Positions 13,607 through 27,000 of a stretch of 64,000 nt of DNA are shown here, piece after piece. The stretch lies in contig NC_087437.1 of assembly GCF_036321535.1 (NCBI RefSeq), positions 77,314,001-77,378,000 on the forward strand. The letters are read 5' to 3'. Both the position numbers and the translations under genes were made by a program. The notes under the pieces were generated by a model. It did no database searches. It was not told where the DNA came from and worked only from the letters and a program-made list of their open reading frames with translations. Within the stretch, counting starts at the first letter, position 1. Every line of letters starts with the position of its first letter. The DNA comes from Camelus dromedarius. Lineage: Eukaryota.

Positions 13607-13800
13607 CTTTTATTTATTCAACAACTGTTGTTCAGTGTATACTAGGTGTCAGGCACCATACTAAGACCTATGGATAAAGGATGTGGGAGAAAGGCATTAT
13701 TTCTGCTTTCTTAGACCTTAAAACTGAGCGACAACTATAATATAGAGTGATAAGCTCTACAGAGAGATGGAGAGGGAGCTAAGGGCATATTCATAGATGA
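13607..13800 (-). mobile_element. L2 3' fragment; appears to resume at 14318 after the MLT2 insertion
   Basis: 'tttattcaacaactgttgttcagtgtatactaggtgtcaggcacc' is the antisense L2 tail; 'gaaggttttctggaggaag' at 14318 is L2-like. Confidence 0.6.
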
Positions 13801-13821
13801 AGCAACCCTAGAAATTGTGAC

Positions 13822-14317
13822 TGTATTAGTCAGGGTTCTCCAGAGAAATAGAACCAGGAGGACAAGATGGATGGATGGATAGGTATAGTTATATATGTAT
13901 ATGGAGGACAAGAGAGAGAGAGAGAGATTGATTGAGATCATAAGGAATTGGCTCACATGATTATGGAGGCTGAGAAATCCCAAGATCTGCAATTGGCAAA
14001 CTGGAACCTGGGAGAGCCAATGGTGTAGTTTCAGTCCAAGGACAGGAGAAGACCAGTGTCTCAGCTCAATCAGTCAGGCTGAAGAAGTCCTCTCTTATTC
14101 AGCCTTTTTATTCTATTTAGGTCTTCAACTGATTGGATGAGGCCCACCAGCATTCTGAATAGCAGTCTGCTTTACTCTNNNNNNNNNNNNNNNNNNNNNN
14201 NNNNNNNNNNNNNNNNNNNNNNNNNNNNNNNNNNNNNNNNNNNNNNNNNNNNNNNNNNNNNNNNNNNNNNNNNNNNNNNNNNNNNNNNNNNNNNNNNNNN
14301 NNNNNNNNNNNNNNNNN
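13822..14317 (-). mobile_element. MLT2 (ERVL) solo LTR with internal (AG)n
   Basis: 'tgtattagtcagggttctccagagaaatagaacc...aaggaattggctcacatgattatggaggctgagaa...ctgattggatgaggcccacc' is the antisense MLT2 LTR. The far end lies in an N run. Confidence 0.85.
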
Positions 14318-15204
14318 GAAGGTTTTCTGGAGGAAGAGAAACCTGAACACTGAAGGATAATACCTCATAAGTAGACTATTAAATTACTACTTTCTTATAA
14401 GTAAATTATATTACTAAATTATATAATACATATGTGTCTTCAGAAATGCAACATTTTCTTCCATTTTTAGGGGAAATTATTGGCTCTTTGTTATATTAGG
14501 TTACATTTCTAGAGAAGCCAGTATTAGAATTGAATTTTTTAAAATAAAGGTTATCACATGGCATATTGGTATTATATCAGTAGAATATATGATGATTTTA
14601 TTTTTACAGGACTATACAACTTACAAATGTTGTCACCTACCTTGTTCTATTTTAGGCTACCAATTTTCAATGAGATATTTAATTACTGGAAGACATTTAC
14701 ATTTTATTAGAGATAAATTTATTAACTGAGAACAAAAATAATGAGAATACAGAGCTCTTGATTTGGTACTTGTGGATGGTGTTTGGGTGCTCTTTCTAGT
14801 ATTTACAGATGTAGAGAAATCCTAATTGGGGTGACCTTTGGAAAGTCAGAGTTTACAGTGAGAGATTACAGCTAAAAAGACAAAAATTTTCTGGTATTTC
14901 CCTTTAAAAAAAAAAGGATTTAAAAAAAATTAGTTTATTGGTTTCAGTATTTGATATAGAGAAGTAAATCCATGTGTTCAGAATTATCCAGTTGTTTGTA
15001 ACATATATTCCTCCCCCATCCCCTCAAGTCTTGCACCTTTAGCTTTCTTCACTACAGAGTTCTTGGTGCTAAAAAGTGCGCTGCTTCTTAAGGAAATGCA
15101 ATACACTCTGCTGTAACTGAAAAGAAGACAGTGATAGCTGTTCTCCTTGCTGACCCATGAGTTATTGCTTTCCTCATTTTCCCCTTTATTAACTTTTGTT
15201 ACAA

Positions 15205-15836
15205 ATAATCTGCACAGTTGTTTTAAAAATTTATTGAGACTGTTTTATGAGACAGAATGTGGCCTATCCTGCTAAAAGTATCATTGCACTTGAAAAGAAT
15301 ATGTATTCTGTGGTTGTGTGATATAGTGGCCTATTAAATATCAATTAGGTCAACGTAGTTGATAGCACTGTTCAGATCTTCTATGTCATTATGGATTTTT
15401 TTTTTTTGTCTAGTTCTGGCAAATGCTGAGAGAGCAGCATTAAAGTCTACAATGGTGATTGTGTAATTGTTTATCTATTAATTATGTAAATTTTGCTTCA
15501 TGTAATTTGAAGCTCTGTTTATATATACTGTATCTTCCTGATGAGTTGACCATTTCATTTTCGTAAAGGATTTCTCTTTACCTCTGGTAATATTTTTGTT
15601 TTGGAATCTATTTTATCTGACATTAATATAGCCACTCCAGCCTTCTTATTCTTAATGTTTACATGGTATATCTTTTTCATTCTTTTGCTTCCAAAATGTC
15701 TGTGTTTTTGTATTTAAAGTGTGTCTCGTGAAATCAGTGTATAGTTGGGTCTTATTTTATATTCATTCAAGTATCTTTGTCTTTTAATTGGAGTGTTTTA
15801 GTCTTTCATGATTAATGTAATTATTGAAATAGTTAA
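15205..15836 (-). mobile_element. Old L1 ORF2 endonuclease-region fragment
   Basis: 'tgcacttgaaaagaatatgtattctg', 'tctgacattaatatagccactccagc' and 'tatttaaagtgtgtctc' are antisense L1 EN-region motifs. Confidence 0.75.
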
Positions 15837-16313
15837 TGTAGTGGGTAGGAAAAGAGTCCTCAAATAGATCTACTCACCAACCCGGTAGAACCTGTGAATA
15901 TGATACTTTGCCTAGTAAAAGACTCTGAAGATGTGATTAAGGTCAAGGACATTGAAACTGAGAGAATATCCTGAATTATTTGGGGGATCCCATTCTAATC
16001 TCATAAATCCTTTAAAGCAGAGAATTGTTCTCAAATGTACCCAAGGAGAGATGTAAATACAATGGAAGAAAGTTCAGACAGATGTGACGTGAGAAAGACT
16101 TAACCTGCTATTGCTGGATGTAAAGATGAAGGAAAGGAGCCAAAAGCTGGTAGCATCTAGTTCTGGGAACAGCTCTCAGTTCACAGCCAGGATGAAAACA
16201 GGGACCGGAATCTCACAACCTGAAGAAACTGATTTCTACCACACATCCAAACGATCCGAAAACAGACTCTCTCCTAGAGACGTGAGGAAGGAATGCAGCC
16301 TCTTGCCACCTTG
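15837..16313 (+). mobile_element. MLT1 (MLT1C/D-like) MaLR LTR, 3'-truncated
   Basis: Starts 'tgtagtggg'; contains 'gaacctgtgaatatg', 'gatgtgattaagg', 'gaaggaatgcagcc'. Confidence 0.85.
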
Positions 16314-16651
16314 AGAGTCTGTTCATCCCTTTTTTCAGTCTTGCATTTTAGGGTTGTGATCAATCCTTTTCTTCTTCTTGAGGCTGTGATTTTTTTTTTT
16401 TTTTTGGTTTTGTTTATGTTAGATAATTTTGAGTTTTGTCCTGGACGTTGTCAGTACTAAATTTTAAAGATTCTCAATTCTGTTATTCTTCATTGATAGG
16501 TGTTGTTTCCTTTGTTTTAGCAGGTACATATTTTTTATTTAGCTTGAACTGCCAACTTTATTTTTTGGGAAGTATCTCCCTTCTGCTTGCATATGTTTTA
16601 ATTTAGTGTAGTTGCTTGGCCCCTGTCCTACAAAAAGGCCTTTGGCCTTTC

Positions 16652-16716
16652 ACTAGCCACATTTCGAGTGCTCAACAGCCACCTGTGGTGAGTGGCTTCT
16701 CTCTTGAACAGCCCAG
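16652..16716. mobile_element. MER3/MER33-like hAT-Charlie end fragment
   Basis: 'ctagccacatttcgagtgctcaacagccacctgtggtgagtggct' matches the MER3/MER33 terminus. Confidence 0.6.
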
Positions 16717-18949
16717 AACAAATAAATCCATTACCAACAAAATTCCTATTGGACATGACTGGTCTAGACTACATAAAGTGATGTGATTTCTGTGACATGA
16801 AGAAAATGAAATCTTCGGTCATCAGATGGTTGTATAAAAATCTGTGCTGGTTTGGCAGCTGGGAGCAGAGAGACCCCAGTAACCAGCCTTACACTGATTC
16901 ATTTCACGTGAGACATACTTCATTTTTATTAAGAAAAACTACAAATAATAAAATATAATCCTAAGTGAAAAATCCAAGAACATCCACTAGCAAAGGAAGC
17001 AGAAAGATGGTGTTATTTGTGGCCCCCTGAGCTCTGAGTGAGCATCATTTTTCTTAACCAAATGATCAAGAATGAAGGGTCCACCAAAATAGAATATGAT
17101 AGCTTCTTTTTTTCACCTTGAAAGTTTCTCATCGATTTCCCTCCAGTCTCCACAGAATATAGTCATAGATATTAACTGTTTGTCTTTGCCCCAGGATTCC
17201 AGGAAATACAGCCTGAGAAAGGGATTAAAATGCTTATACTCTATTAGTAGGTGAAAGTCCAGGGCATTGAAGATGAAGACATAAAGAGAGAATGAGGCAA
17301 AGAAAGATGCAAATGATGTAATGAGAAATAGTGCAAAGAAGTACATTTTATATAAAGAGACGAGATGGGTCATTCAGCAGTTGTTTTACTCAGCATGTGA
17401 AGCTTCCCTGGAAGGTTTGCAAGGAGGAAACATACATTGGAGCAGCCCATGACAGGGAGACATGAAGAGATCTTTATGTGCTCTACTCTCATCTCCCTTT
17501 TTCCACTGGTCAAGGTTCATGTCAGGGGATGCTGACCCCTACAGTTCCAAGTTGTGTTACTCAAACAGAATAAGAATCCATCCAAGTCTGAAAGTGAAGG
17601 TGGGTGGATATAGGTAGATCTCAGTGTATACAGGCTGTGAAGTATGCAGATGCTGGGGTTCAATTTGAACTCCAGCCAGACCGGGGAGCTCAACAAGGGC
17701 ACCGGCAAAGGAGGCAGAAGTGTGATACAGGAGTAATGTTAGAGTGAGAGCAACTGAGACTGTGGTTCAGGTAGTTAAATCTTCAAGGGCGGAGGATGAC
17801 TATTATAAGGAGGAATGGTATAATTTGATATCATAATTTTCAAAGATCCTGGAGATTTTTAGGAAAAATGGAGTGGGGGAAATGTTCTGAAAAAGGGCAT
17901 AAATAAGAAGAAAGAAAAAAAATAGGAGAGGAATCATGCATCACATGAGATTGTCAAAGGGAAAGCTAGTGTTTTCAGGGCCGAGTTATTTCTACGTTAA
18001 GGGAATGAAGACTTTACAAGAGGTTGAACATGAAGGATAAGTTGATGATAAATGACTCGAGTTTCAGGGAATAAAGTGGAAGATTTGATGATTTGGAAGG
18101 GATGTAAGACTGTTTAGAGCGGTAGGTGTGCAGAACTTCATGGGAATGAGTGTTTCGACACCACGTACAGAGAATTTGGGAGTGAGGGACCGGAAGGGTC
18201 TTGCAGCCCTATGCAGAGCCCTCCTCAGCCACATTCCTAGCCTCCCCATGTGGGCGGGCAGAGTGGGCTGGTGCGGGAAGCACAGGAGGCTCCAAGCTCA
18301 CTGTCTCTCCAACACAATGCTGTTCAAATAGCATTACTGAAGCAGCAGAAGGGCGGTGTTGCCAGCAGGCTGGAAGGACAGTGGGGTAGAGAAGGATATA
18401 CCCCTTGTTCATGTTTCTTATCAACGTTATCATTTCTGTGTATCATAGTTGAAAAGTATTTAGCACTGGCTTGTCTGTTGCTGTCTTGAAGAAAATGGCA
18501 ATCATTTAGGAAAAACAAAGAACTGTCTGAAAGTTCTGCTATAACCGTATCATCCAAATTGTGTGACAAAGGATTCTGGTAGCTTAACCTAATCACTCCT
18601 ATATGAAGGAGAGAATGGAAGTTACAGACTGCATCTTTGTTGGGTGGGGGTGGAACTAACATAGAATTCCCCAGATGGTATTATCCCAGGAGCAGAGTTT
18701 TTAAATAGAAAGAAAGATTTCTTTATTCTTCTGGAATAAATTCTGTTTTTTAAAAATAACTCCATTGCTTTAGACATTTTTTACATTACCATAAACAGAC
18801 AAAAATGATAAAAATCTTGTGCATTCATTAGAATATCTCTAAATATCTTATCAAAATTTGGCAAACCAAAATATTTAGATCAAAGCAGGTTACTAGAAAA
18901 TACTCTTTCTGTCATTTGCCACTTTTTTTGTTTTACTGTTTTAAAAGAA

Positions 18950-21900
18950 TGCTTACAACGTAAGTATTAAATTTTATCAACTGGAGTATTTTGTGTTTTT
19001 TTGTGTGTGTATTGAAATAATCATATGATACTGATTCTTTAATAGATTACATTGATACATTGCTCTGAAATGACCCTAAATTTATCAGAATATATCAATA
19101 TCTTAATGCATAGCTGGGGTTCATTTGTTAGCATTTTATCCGTGTTCAGAAGTAAGATTCTTGGATAATTTTGTTTTCTCATGCTTTTGTATCTGATTTT
19201 TTTATTCAAGTGTCATGGGCCTTAAAAAATGATTAGGTAGTTTTCCTTTTTTTTCATTTACTAGAACAGTTTTTATTAGGTAAAGATTATGTGTTTATTG
19301 TCTGTTTAATAGAACTTAACCTATTTAACTTTCTGGGCTTAACATCTTTTCTTTTTCTGTGGCTAAGAATGGAAAGGGAGAGATGATAAATCACTTTTTT
19401 TAAATGATATTGTTCTCTTCAAGTTTTTCCTGATTCATTTTTGTAGTGTAAATATTTTCAAAATCTTCTTTTGTCATTAGGTTCTTCATTTTTTCCTTTT
19501 CAATCTTAGATCACCACTGTAACTCTGTATTCTCTTTTTTTCATTTTCTAGTATTGATTATTTAACCTTATTTGTTTTCTCTTAAATAGCCTTGATTGAA
19601 AGTTTTCTGTTTTATTTAAGCCAGCTTTAGGTTTTTAGACCTTCTCTTTTGTTTCCTTGTTTTCTACCTTATTTTTTATTCTTACCTTTGTAACTTCTTT
19701 CCTTCGTTTATTAGATATATTACCTTTATTTTTTTACTTTTATCTAATCTTCTTAAGTTTACCATGTAGCTCAGGTATTTAATTTTTTTCTTTTCTAGCA
19801 TATGAATGCTTGCCAATAAATGTTCTGTTAATTAGCACTCTAACCATGTGCCACACATTTTGATATGTAATATTTTTACTGCCATTCATTTTCAAATACT
19901 CTGGGATTTCCATTGTGATTTTTTCTTCCTAAGTGTAATTTACTCTGTATGTGTCACTGTGTCGGTTTATTTCCATATATATCAATGTTTATGTGTTATT
20001 CTTTTGTCATTGATTTTTTTATTATTGCTTTGTGGTCAGGTAATACCAACTGATATTTTTGGAATTGAGATTTCCCCTATGGCTTATGCTGATCGAATTT
20101 CTTTATAGGTTTCATGTGTGCTGGAATAAAGATACAAATAGTTATTTCTTGCATGTAGAGTTTGATAGATAAGTAGGTAGGTAGAGATAGATAACACTGT
20201 TGACTACATTGCTCCTATTTTATATAACCTTGATAATATTTTTCTTGAATAAACCCTTGGAGGATATTTTAAAGTTCCCCACTGCAATTATGGATTTGTT
20301 CATTTCTTCTTATAATCCTGTCAATTTTAATTTTATGTACCATAGTTCTATATTGTTAGCGTATCACAATTTATAATATTTGCATGCATTGGTAAATATT
20401 TTATTATTATGGAGACACTTAATAGGGCTTTTGTTTTAAATTCTAGTTCATCATTCTATTGTTTAGTAATACTCCATCAGCTTTCTTTTTATTAACATAC
20501 TCAATATATAAGTATCATGTTTATTCCTGTTTCACTTTTTCACTTTCTTCTCTTCTTACCTTTCTGCTACAATGATAAAGTTCTTCTTAATCCTTTTTGT
20601 GTGTTTGCTTGTATAAATTCACCAATTATATTTCTACTATTTTAGTGGTTACATGTTTTAGATATAAGTGTAGATACAGAATTACCATGTCATGATTCTT
20701 GATTTCTCTGGGTTTTTTTTTAAATTTTATCAGTATCTATTGATATTTATTTTATCAATATCTATTATTTAGTTTCTGTAGGAAAGAGGGACACTCAGAG
20801 AACTTGAACTGGCCTGTGTCCCTTTCAGCAGATGGACTACCCGAGGTTAAGCCTGTATGTCCTAAACTCCAGGTTTTTCTAACAAATTTAAAGGATTTAC
20901 TGTCTCTTTCCTATTCTCAAACAAGACCTTGCCAATATTATTTCTGTTGACTGTTTTAGTTCCAGCTTTTTAAAAAGAAAGAAATAACAAAAATTACTCA
21001 TTTTTAATCAAATATACAGACATATTTTTTTCCCTCACTGTCGCTTCTTGCATCCAGCTCCTTCATTCCAGATATACTTTTCTTGTTGCTAAAGTAAATG
21101 CATCAGGCTTTCTTCAGCCAAAGTCTCTGGGTGAAAAATGCCATTACTTGTTTTCTGTTAGAAGTGTTTTCCTAGCATCCTAACTCTTGAGTGCTAGTTT
21201 AGGGTTCACATAATGGTAGCTCAGTGTCTTTTTATTCAGCATGTTAAGACGGCTGCTCCGAAGTCTTCTGGGCTCTGTTGTTCCTCAAGAAATGCCTGCT
21301 CTCATTCTAATTATCAGGTAATTTGCTTTCCTCCCAGGGAACTTTACGGATTTTCTCTTTAGCCAGGGTGTTTTACAGGTACAGAATTGTTTACTTTTAT
21401 CTTTTTAAACTTTCTATCTGCATTTTCTAAATGAGGATTTGTTTCTTCAGTCTGGAGACTTCTAACTTATCAGAAACTTTCTCCTCTTCTAAAAATGTAA
21501 TGGGAATACAATTGATGTTGGACCATGCTCCAGGTCTGTTACAATGTTGGCATCACAGCTTGCCTTCCCTTCCCTTTCTTTTCTGTGCTCTAGGCCACAT
21601 CTTCAGTGCTCTTCCTAGTTCGTTAATGTTCTCTTCATCTCTTCCAATCTGATGTTCATCCACTTTTCTCAGGTTTTAGGTTATTGTATAACATCAAAAG
21701 CTACGTTTTCCATTTCTAAGATTTCTCTTCAGTACTTTTTTATAGCCACATGATTTTTATTCTTAATCTTCTTTTCAGTATTATAATCATTTGTTCTTTC
21801 TTTCATTCATGCATTCCAAGATCTTAAATGTACATACTTATTAAGTCTTTTTAAAATTACTCAAACGTAATGATGTTACCAGATTAAGGTTTGTGTGATG

Positions 21901-22480
21901 GCTATCTTCCAGGAGTCAAGTTTTTCTACTTGTATGCTTTGAAACTTCAGTGCATTTTCTTTAATATGCCTTTCCTGGTTTCTTTGGTTTTGTTTAATCT
22001 CTTTTCTCACCTTTCCATGTGTGACCGTTTTACAGTTGTCTCCACCTGTCTTGCTCTTTTATTGGCAACCAGAGCTCTCCTAATGCAAGGATATTATGGA
22101 TATATTACTAAGCTACTTGGGGCTTGGCCCAGGTTTGGTGGAGCAACAATTTGTGTTTCCTCCAGGCCCTCGAGGCAAAAACTTTATATTTGCCTCTGAC
22201 CATGGGTGCCCTGGCCCAACTTTCTACTTCACTCACTGAACCCACCTATTGTGGTCATCAGAAGATGAATCCGTGGCCACTTCTGCTTGTTTCTTATCCT
22301 GGGTCTCGAGAGCCCTGCAAATTAAACCTCACTTACTGTTTTGTTTTCATTCTGCTTCTGGTCTTCAGAGATGTTTATCTTACTTTTGGTGGTAGCTATA
22401 TCTTTTAAAAAATATATGTGGTATATCATCTTCGTTGTGATTTTTAGGGGAGAAGCAGGAGAAATATTTTACATAAACTG
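18950..22480 (-). mobile_element. Ancient L1 (L1M5/L1ME-like) ORF2-ORF1 remnant, fragmented
   Basis: Long T-rich antisense L1 texture with motifs 'tattgaaataatcatatg', 'tgcatagctgg', 'aagttccccactgcaattatggatttgt'. The part after ~20450 is less certain (ORF1/HAL1-like). Confidence 0.65.
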
Positions 22481-23724
22481 CCAGTGCCAACTTGAACAGA
22501 AATCTCATTGCAGGTGACTTTATATGAGCAAAGGCCACTGGAAGCAGTTACAAATTTAAATACAAGCTTTACATGAACGTAGTAAAGCATCAGTCCTTCT
22601 GTCACAGTTACAGTTCAGGGTACCACTTATTTAATTAGGGAGGATCACTTATGTAATATGAGTATACAGAGTATTGATTAGTTTCTTTAACCCACTTGCA
22701 TCTTGATGTCTGAACTTTTAGAAAGTGTTTCAAGCTTTTGACATAAGATTGCAATTAGTCTTTTCCCCTGGTGAAATAGACATCTTCTTGCATTAGGTAT
22801 GAACTTAAGCTTACAAGTCATTTGTGTCCTACTGCCTTACTGTGAATCAGTTTGTCAAATTCTTTCCTGAGATCAAGTTTTGATTAGAAGAACAGAAAGA
22901 ATATGAGGACACTCTCTGTCTAGAGTGTAGCGTTGGGTGATAAACTCTTGTTTTTGAAAGAAGGCTGGCGTTGGAGTCAGTAAGTAGGAGGTGCCGTCGC
23001 CTGCAGGTGTGTCATCTTGGAGAGATTTTTAAGTGCTATGAAGATTACACGAGTTGATATATGTAGCAGCACTGGGTATGTAGTAGGTACTCAGTAAATG
23101 TTAGTTGAAGGATAGAAAGTGAAAAACAGAAAAGTGAAACTTGGAGCTCCAAAGAGGTTTCCAAAGTCGTCTGCTTAGTTTTGTCCTTCTCGGTAACAAA
23201 TTCTGTAAAGCTAATCCTAAATAATTTAGGTCCTATGGCCGTAAAATTTGATGTCTTGTTATTGATTTTAGGGATGTATTTTATGGCTTTAGAAAAAAAC
23301 TTTCAAATTGAATATCAGGCTTGAATTAACAACTGAAGTCAAAGATTCTGTACAAACTTGTTTGTCTTTGCACATTTCTTATTTTCATTGAGAGTCTTCA
23401 GTGGAGACTCTGTGAACTAACACATTGGCAAAGAGCAAAGCAAATCACTTTGCAGAGCGGCCAAATAGGCAACAAAGGGCAACTAAGTTTGTTGCTAGTT
23501 AGAGGTGTTTGCTTTTATTAGTCCTAAGACAAACATCATGGCCCACGACACTGTCATGGAACTAAATCTTAAATTACACGTACAGATATTTTCAAGTCCA
23601 CAAATTGGCCCCAAATCCCACACTACTCTTATGAAAATCTCACAGTTATTGCCATGGTATCAAAACTGAGCCCAAAGGACAATAATAAACATACCTTACA
23701 TTTTCATAGTTCTTGCAGTTTCCA

Positions 23725-23845
23725 AAGCACTTTTATAGGCATTATCTGACTTGAGCCTCACAAAAGATGAATAAAGTAGGAATTGCAACCTCTAGTACAC
23801 AAGTAAGGAAACTGAGGTTAAAAGAAGTGAGATGATTTTCTCACT
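23725..23845 (-). mobile_element. MIR fragment
   Basis: 'gtaaggaaactgaggttaaaagaagtgagatgattttctc' is the antisense MIR core. Confidence 0.55.
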
Positions 23846-24867
23846 TGGAGCCCCTTCCAACAGTGATACAGTTGGCAGAGTTCCATTGCCTAACATAGTG
23901 TCATCTACACTGTGGGCACCTCAATTCTTACTGTAGGCTGTGAGTAAAATTCTTTTAGCTGAGTGTTGTACAGCATATTCAAAATTGTATTTGCAAGATT
24001 GCTTAGATGATTCATGTTATAGACTACAGTTAAAATGCATGTTTCTGGCGTACAGTGGAAACCAGTGGTTTCTAAATCCCTGTTTCCTGAGGAATGTCTT
24101 ACCTGTTTTATTTTGGAGATTACTGGCACTCTGCAACATGTTAAATAGCTCCAAACCAGTCAAGAAAGCCATTTGTAAATATAATTTTGAACAATACCAC
24201 AAAACCAAGCAACAAGAAAGAAAAGATTCCTCCTCACTCTTAGTAAGTGTAACACGTCCTGATATGTCCAGAATTATCTTATGAGACATCAGATACCGAG
24301 CTCAAATAACTACACCAAAGGATTAAGCACAGGGCTTGCCTTAACAGCAAGTTCAGATTCTTTTTTGTTAAGACATAGCATTTGTATGTCAGCGTGTTTT
24401 AAATATAACTTAGCTCCTCTTGAGCAAAGGGGTTTTTATAATATTTGTATCAGCACACATCTCTATGACTTTATTTCAGCTCTCCAGTGGGTTTTAAAAA
24501 TTACTAGTATGATTTTAAATGAGGTGCTGTACCTTGTATCTGAAGAACAGTGAAAATCATTTCTGTCTGTATTCTCCTTTCCCTATTATCTGAATCACTT
24601 ACCCTGGCCTTACTCTGCTGCAGTTCCTCCTCCTGTGTCCTTCCATCTGCCGATGTGACTGTGATGATGTGTGTCACTATTAGAGAGTAAATATGCCTGG
24701 TACTCTCTAAAAAGATAAGCCCACCGCTCCACCCAGCCACCAACCTCCCCAGCTTTGTCCACCAGCAATCAACCAGAAGAGTAACAAATGAACTGTCTCC
24801 TTTTTCAGCTGACTCACTGTCGCCTGTGACAGTAGGGAAAATACTATTACCTGCGTCACCTTTTAAG

Positions 24868-25267
24868 CAGGACTGCCTCATGATTTTCATAGACCTTTGG
24901 CAATTTTGTCTTCTTGGACCCTTCTGTTTATAAAAAAATATTTTAAATGTTAAACACGGCTGGTCTAGGGATGTCACTCTCACAGGGCATGTTAAGGTGA
25001 CCAAAAAGCAGCACAGTGCCAATTGTGCTCACTTCCTCTTTCTATTCGTGCCCGTGCAGGCAGGGGCATCCTGCCTCTGGAGTAGAAGAGAATTCTGGAA
25101 CAAACTCCTCTCATCTAAGAAAAGAAGTCTGAAGTTAAAGTGATATATTGAAACATTGTTTACCTAAAAGTATATATTTTTCTTCTGATTTTAAAGTAAA
25201 GTAGAATATTTTCATACTCCTTAATGGGTCCTAGGCACTGGGCTGCCTAATGGATAAGTCAGCCCTA
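24868..25267. mobile_element. hAT (Tip100-like) MITE split into two halves (24868-24951 and 25140-25267) by a 188-bp insertion
   Basis: Imperfect terminal inverted repeats 'caggactg' and 'cagcccta'; subterminal 'gggtcctaggcact...gcctaatggataagtcagccct'; AT-rich core. Both halves are collinear with a recalled CAGGGCCGACTTATCCATTAGG-type consensus (exact family name unsure). Flanks 'cttttaag'/'attctaat' could be a decayed 8-bp TSD. Confidence 0.7.
24952..25139 (+). repeat. Direct repeat copy 1 (188 bp), inserted copy
   Basis: 179/188 identical, ungapped, to 26813-27000 by manual alignment. Confidence 0.97.
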
Positions 25268-25482
25268 ATTCTAATGTCAAGTAATCCTAGGAAATCCTCA
25301 GATTTAAAAAAATGAATGTAAGAAAGGTTTCCTAGAAAACTCTATTAATATTGATGCTCTTCTTAATGTTCAAGTATCTGAGAAGTGTCTGGGGCTTCTT
25401 CAGCTCCCGAGAAGTAGGCATCTCATGCAAGTGAAATGAAGATCAAAGATAATTAATTTGCCTAATTTCACATACAAAAATT

Positions 25483-25715
25483 AGTCTAACATTTATTGAG
25501 ATCTTAACAATGTGCTGTGCTGGGACCATGCTATGTGCCTTACATACATCATTGCATTTAATCTTACTTCTACTCCAAGAAATAGATGTAATCATTACCT
25601 TTTTAATAAAAATACAGAAACCAAGGATCAGAGGAATAAAGTCATCTGTCCAGTGCCCCACAGGAAGTAGACGGTAGAGAGCTAAACTGATGTTTGATCC
25701 TTAACCATAATGTTT
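25483..25715 (-). mobile_element. MIR
   Basis: 'aacatttattgag...catcattgcatttaatc...gaaaccaaggatcagag' is antisense MIR. Confidence 0.7.
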
Positions 25716-26812
25716 AACCCAGGTGGTCTTTAATATGTTATTTTTATGATTATAATGAGTTAGCGTCCCTTTTGCAATGTAATGTACAAGTTCTTCTCTT
25801 AATATTCATTGGTAAAATGGGAAAAGAAAAGATAATCTATTTCCACTGCTTTTTATCATTAGGAAAAACAAGGCTACCTAATTTAGCCTGTTTTTACTCC
25901 ACCCTCCTCCCTATACACATAAACACATTTGTGTGTGAACCTTGCACATCCACACATACCAGCCCCCCCACAGTCTCGCCTACCTCCCCCGACATGCATT
26001 GTGTCAGATCCTTCATAGAATATTCGGTCTTTCTTCCTTTTTCTTTTAGTTCAACAAATGTCTTCAGTTCAACAGCTAGACCCTACTATAGGCACAAATA
26101 ATGTAAATATGAGAACAACTTACCAGGAAAATAGAACCTTCTTAATAAACAAAAGCATTTTCTTCTTAATGAAAGAATAAACTTCTTTCAGTATTTTGAC
26201 TAAAGGGTCATCAGGTCTCAGGTCTGTTGATCTCTACGAGCTATTAGCTCCAGGCAACGTCTATTCAGCTAAAAATAATGTGTATTAAAAGGATCAAATG
26301 TTACTTGCCAAAATGAAAAGAGAGGTTAACGCAAGTGGGCAGATTGGTAAGCATGTTGGATGAAGAACTATCGCCAACTGATGGCCTGAATTTTGCACTA
26401 ACTCCTCAGACGAGATCATGATCCTCCCCAGCTGCATCACAGAGGAGCATGATGGGTAGCAAACTTCATACCTAACACTTGGTCAGCTGTGCCTAGACTG
26501 CTCATGTTCACAATCTTTTCATTGCTCTATTCACGTGCACTGTTTTTCTTAGTGGATGTTAACATGCAGAAGGGTTGTTTGTTTTTTTTTTTTTTTGGAA
26601 TATTAACTTTGGGGAAAAATGAACTGGTCAACCATTTGTCATTTTTTGCTAAGGTTCAACATGTAAATATTTAGACATATTTAAACAGAACAGTGATAAA
26701 TTCAGATTATATTCATTAAGTGCCTTGAATATACTGTAAAAAGGAGAATGGTGCCTTAAACATTTGCATTGATTTGTGAAACTGTTTTACCCTGTTAAAG
26801 TCATCCCCGAGC

Positions 26813-27000
26813 AAACACGGCTGGTCTAGGGACATCACTCTCACAGGGCGTGTTAAGGTGAACAAAAAGCAGCACAATGCCAATTGTGCTTACTTCCTCT
26901 TTCTATTCGTGCCCGTGCAGGCAGGGGCATCCTGCCTCTGAAGGAGAAGAGAATTCTGGAACAAACTCCTCTCATCTAAGAAAAGAAGTCCGAAGTTAAA
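26813..27000 (+). repeat. Direct repeat copy 2 (188 bp), likely donor; followed by an (AAAAC)n tract
   Basis: 179/188 identical to 24952-25139. Confidence 0.97.

Larger units (their letters stand above)
2581..14317. other. Seven N runs (2581-2714, 2997-3127, 7961-8165, 8423-8573, 8635-8774, 9725-9869, 14179-14317), all inside repeats
   Basis: Seen directly. The 205-N run at 7961-8165 corresponds to 203 nt in the homologous L1 copy (48330-48532), so the Ns stand in for repeat sequence (masking or sized gaps). Confidence 0.9.

Noticed and set aside
2581-14317. N runs as hidden insertions or a regularly spaced array
   Set aside because: Each sits inside a repeat, and where testable the length matches the missing repeat sequence (205 N versus 203 nt). 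They are masking or assembly gaps.
24958-24966. GGCTGGTC start resembling a Y RNA 5' end
   Set aside because: Only 8 nt match; the rest of the 188-mer shows no Y RNA stem or 3' U-tract.
24504-25022. 172-aa minus-strand ORF, the longest in the track
   Set aside because: It runs across the duplicated segment, a MITE half and unique DNA, so it is a chimeric chance frame. Only the 104-nt sub-exon was kept as a weak candidate.
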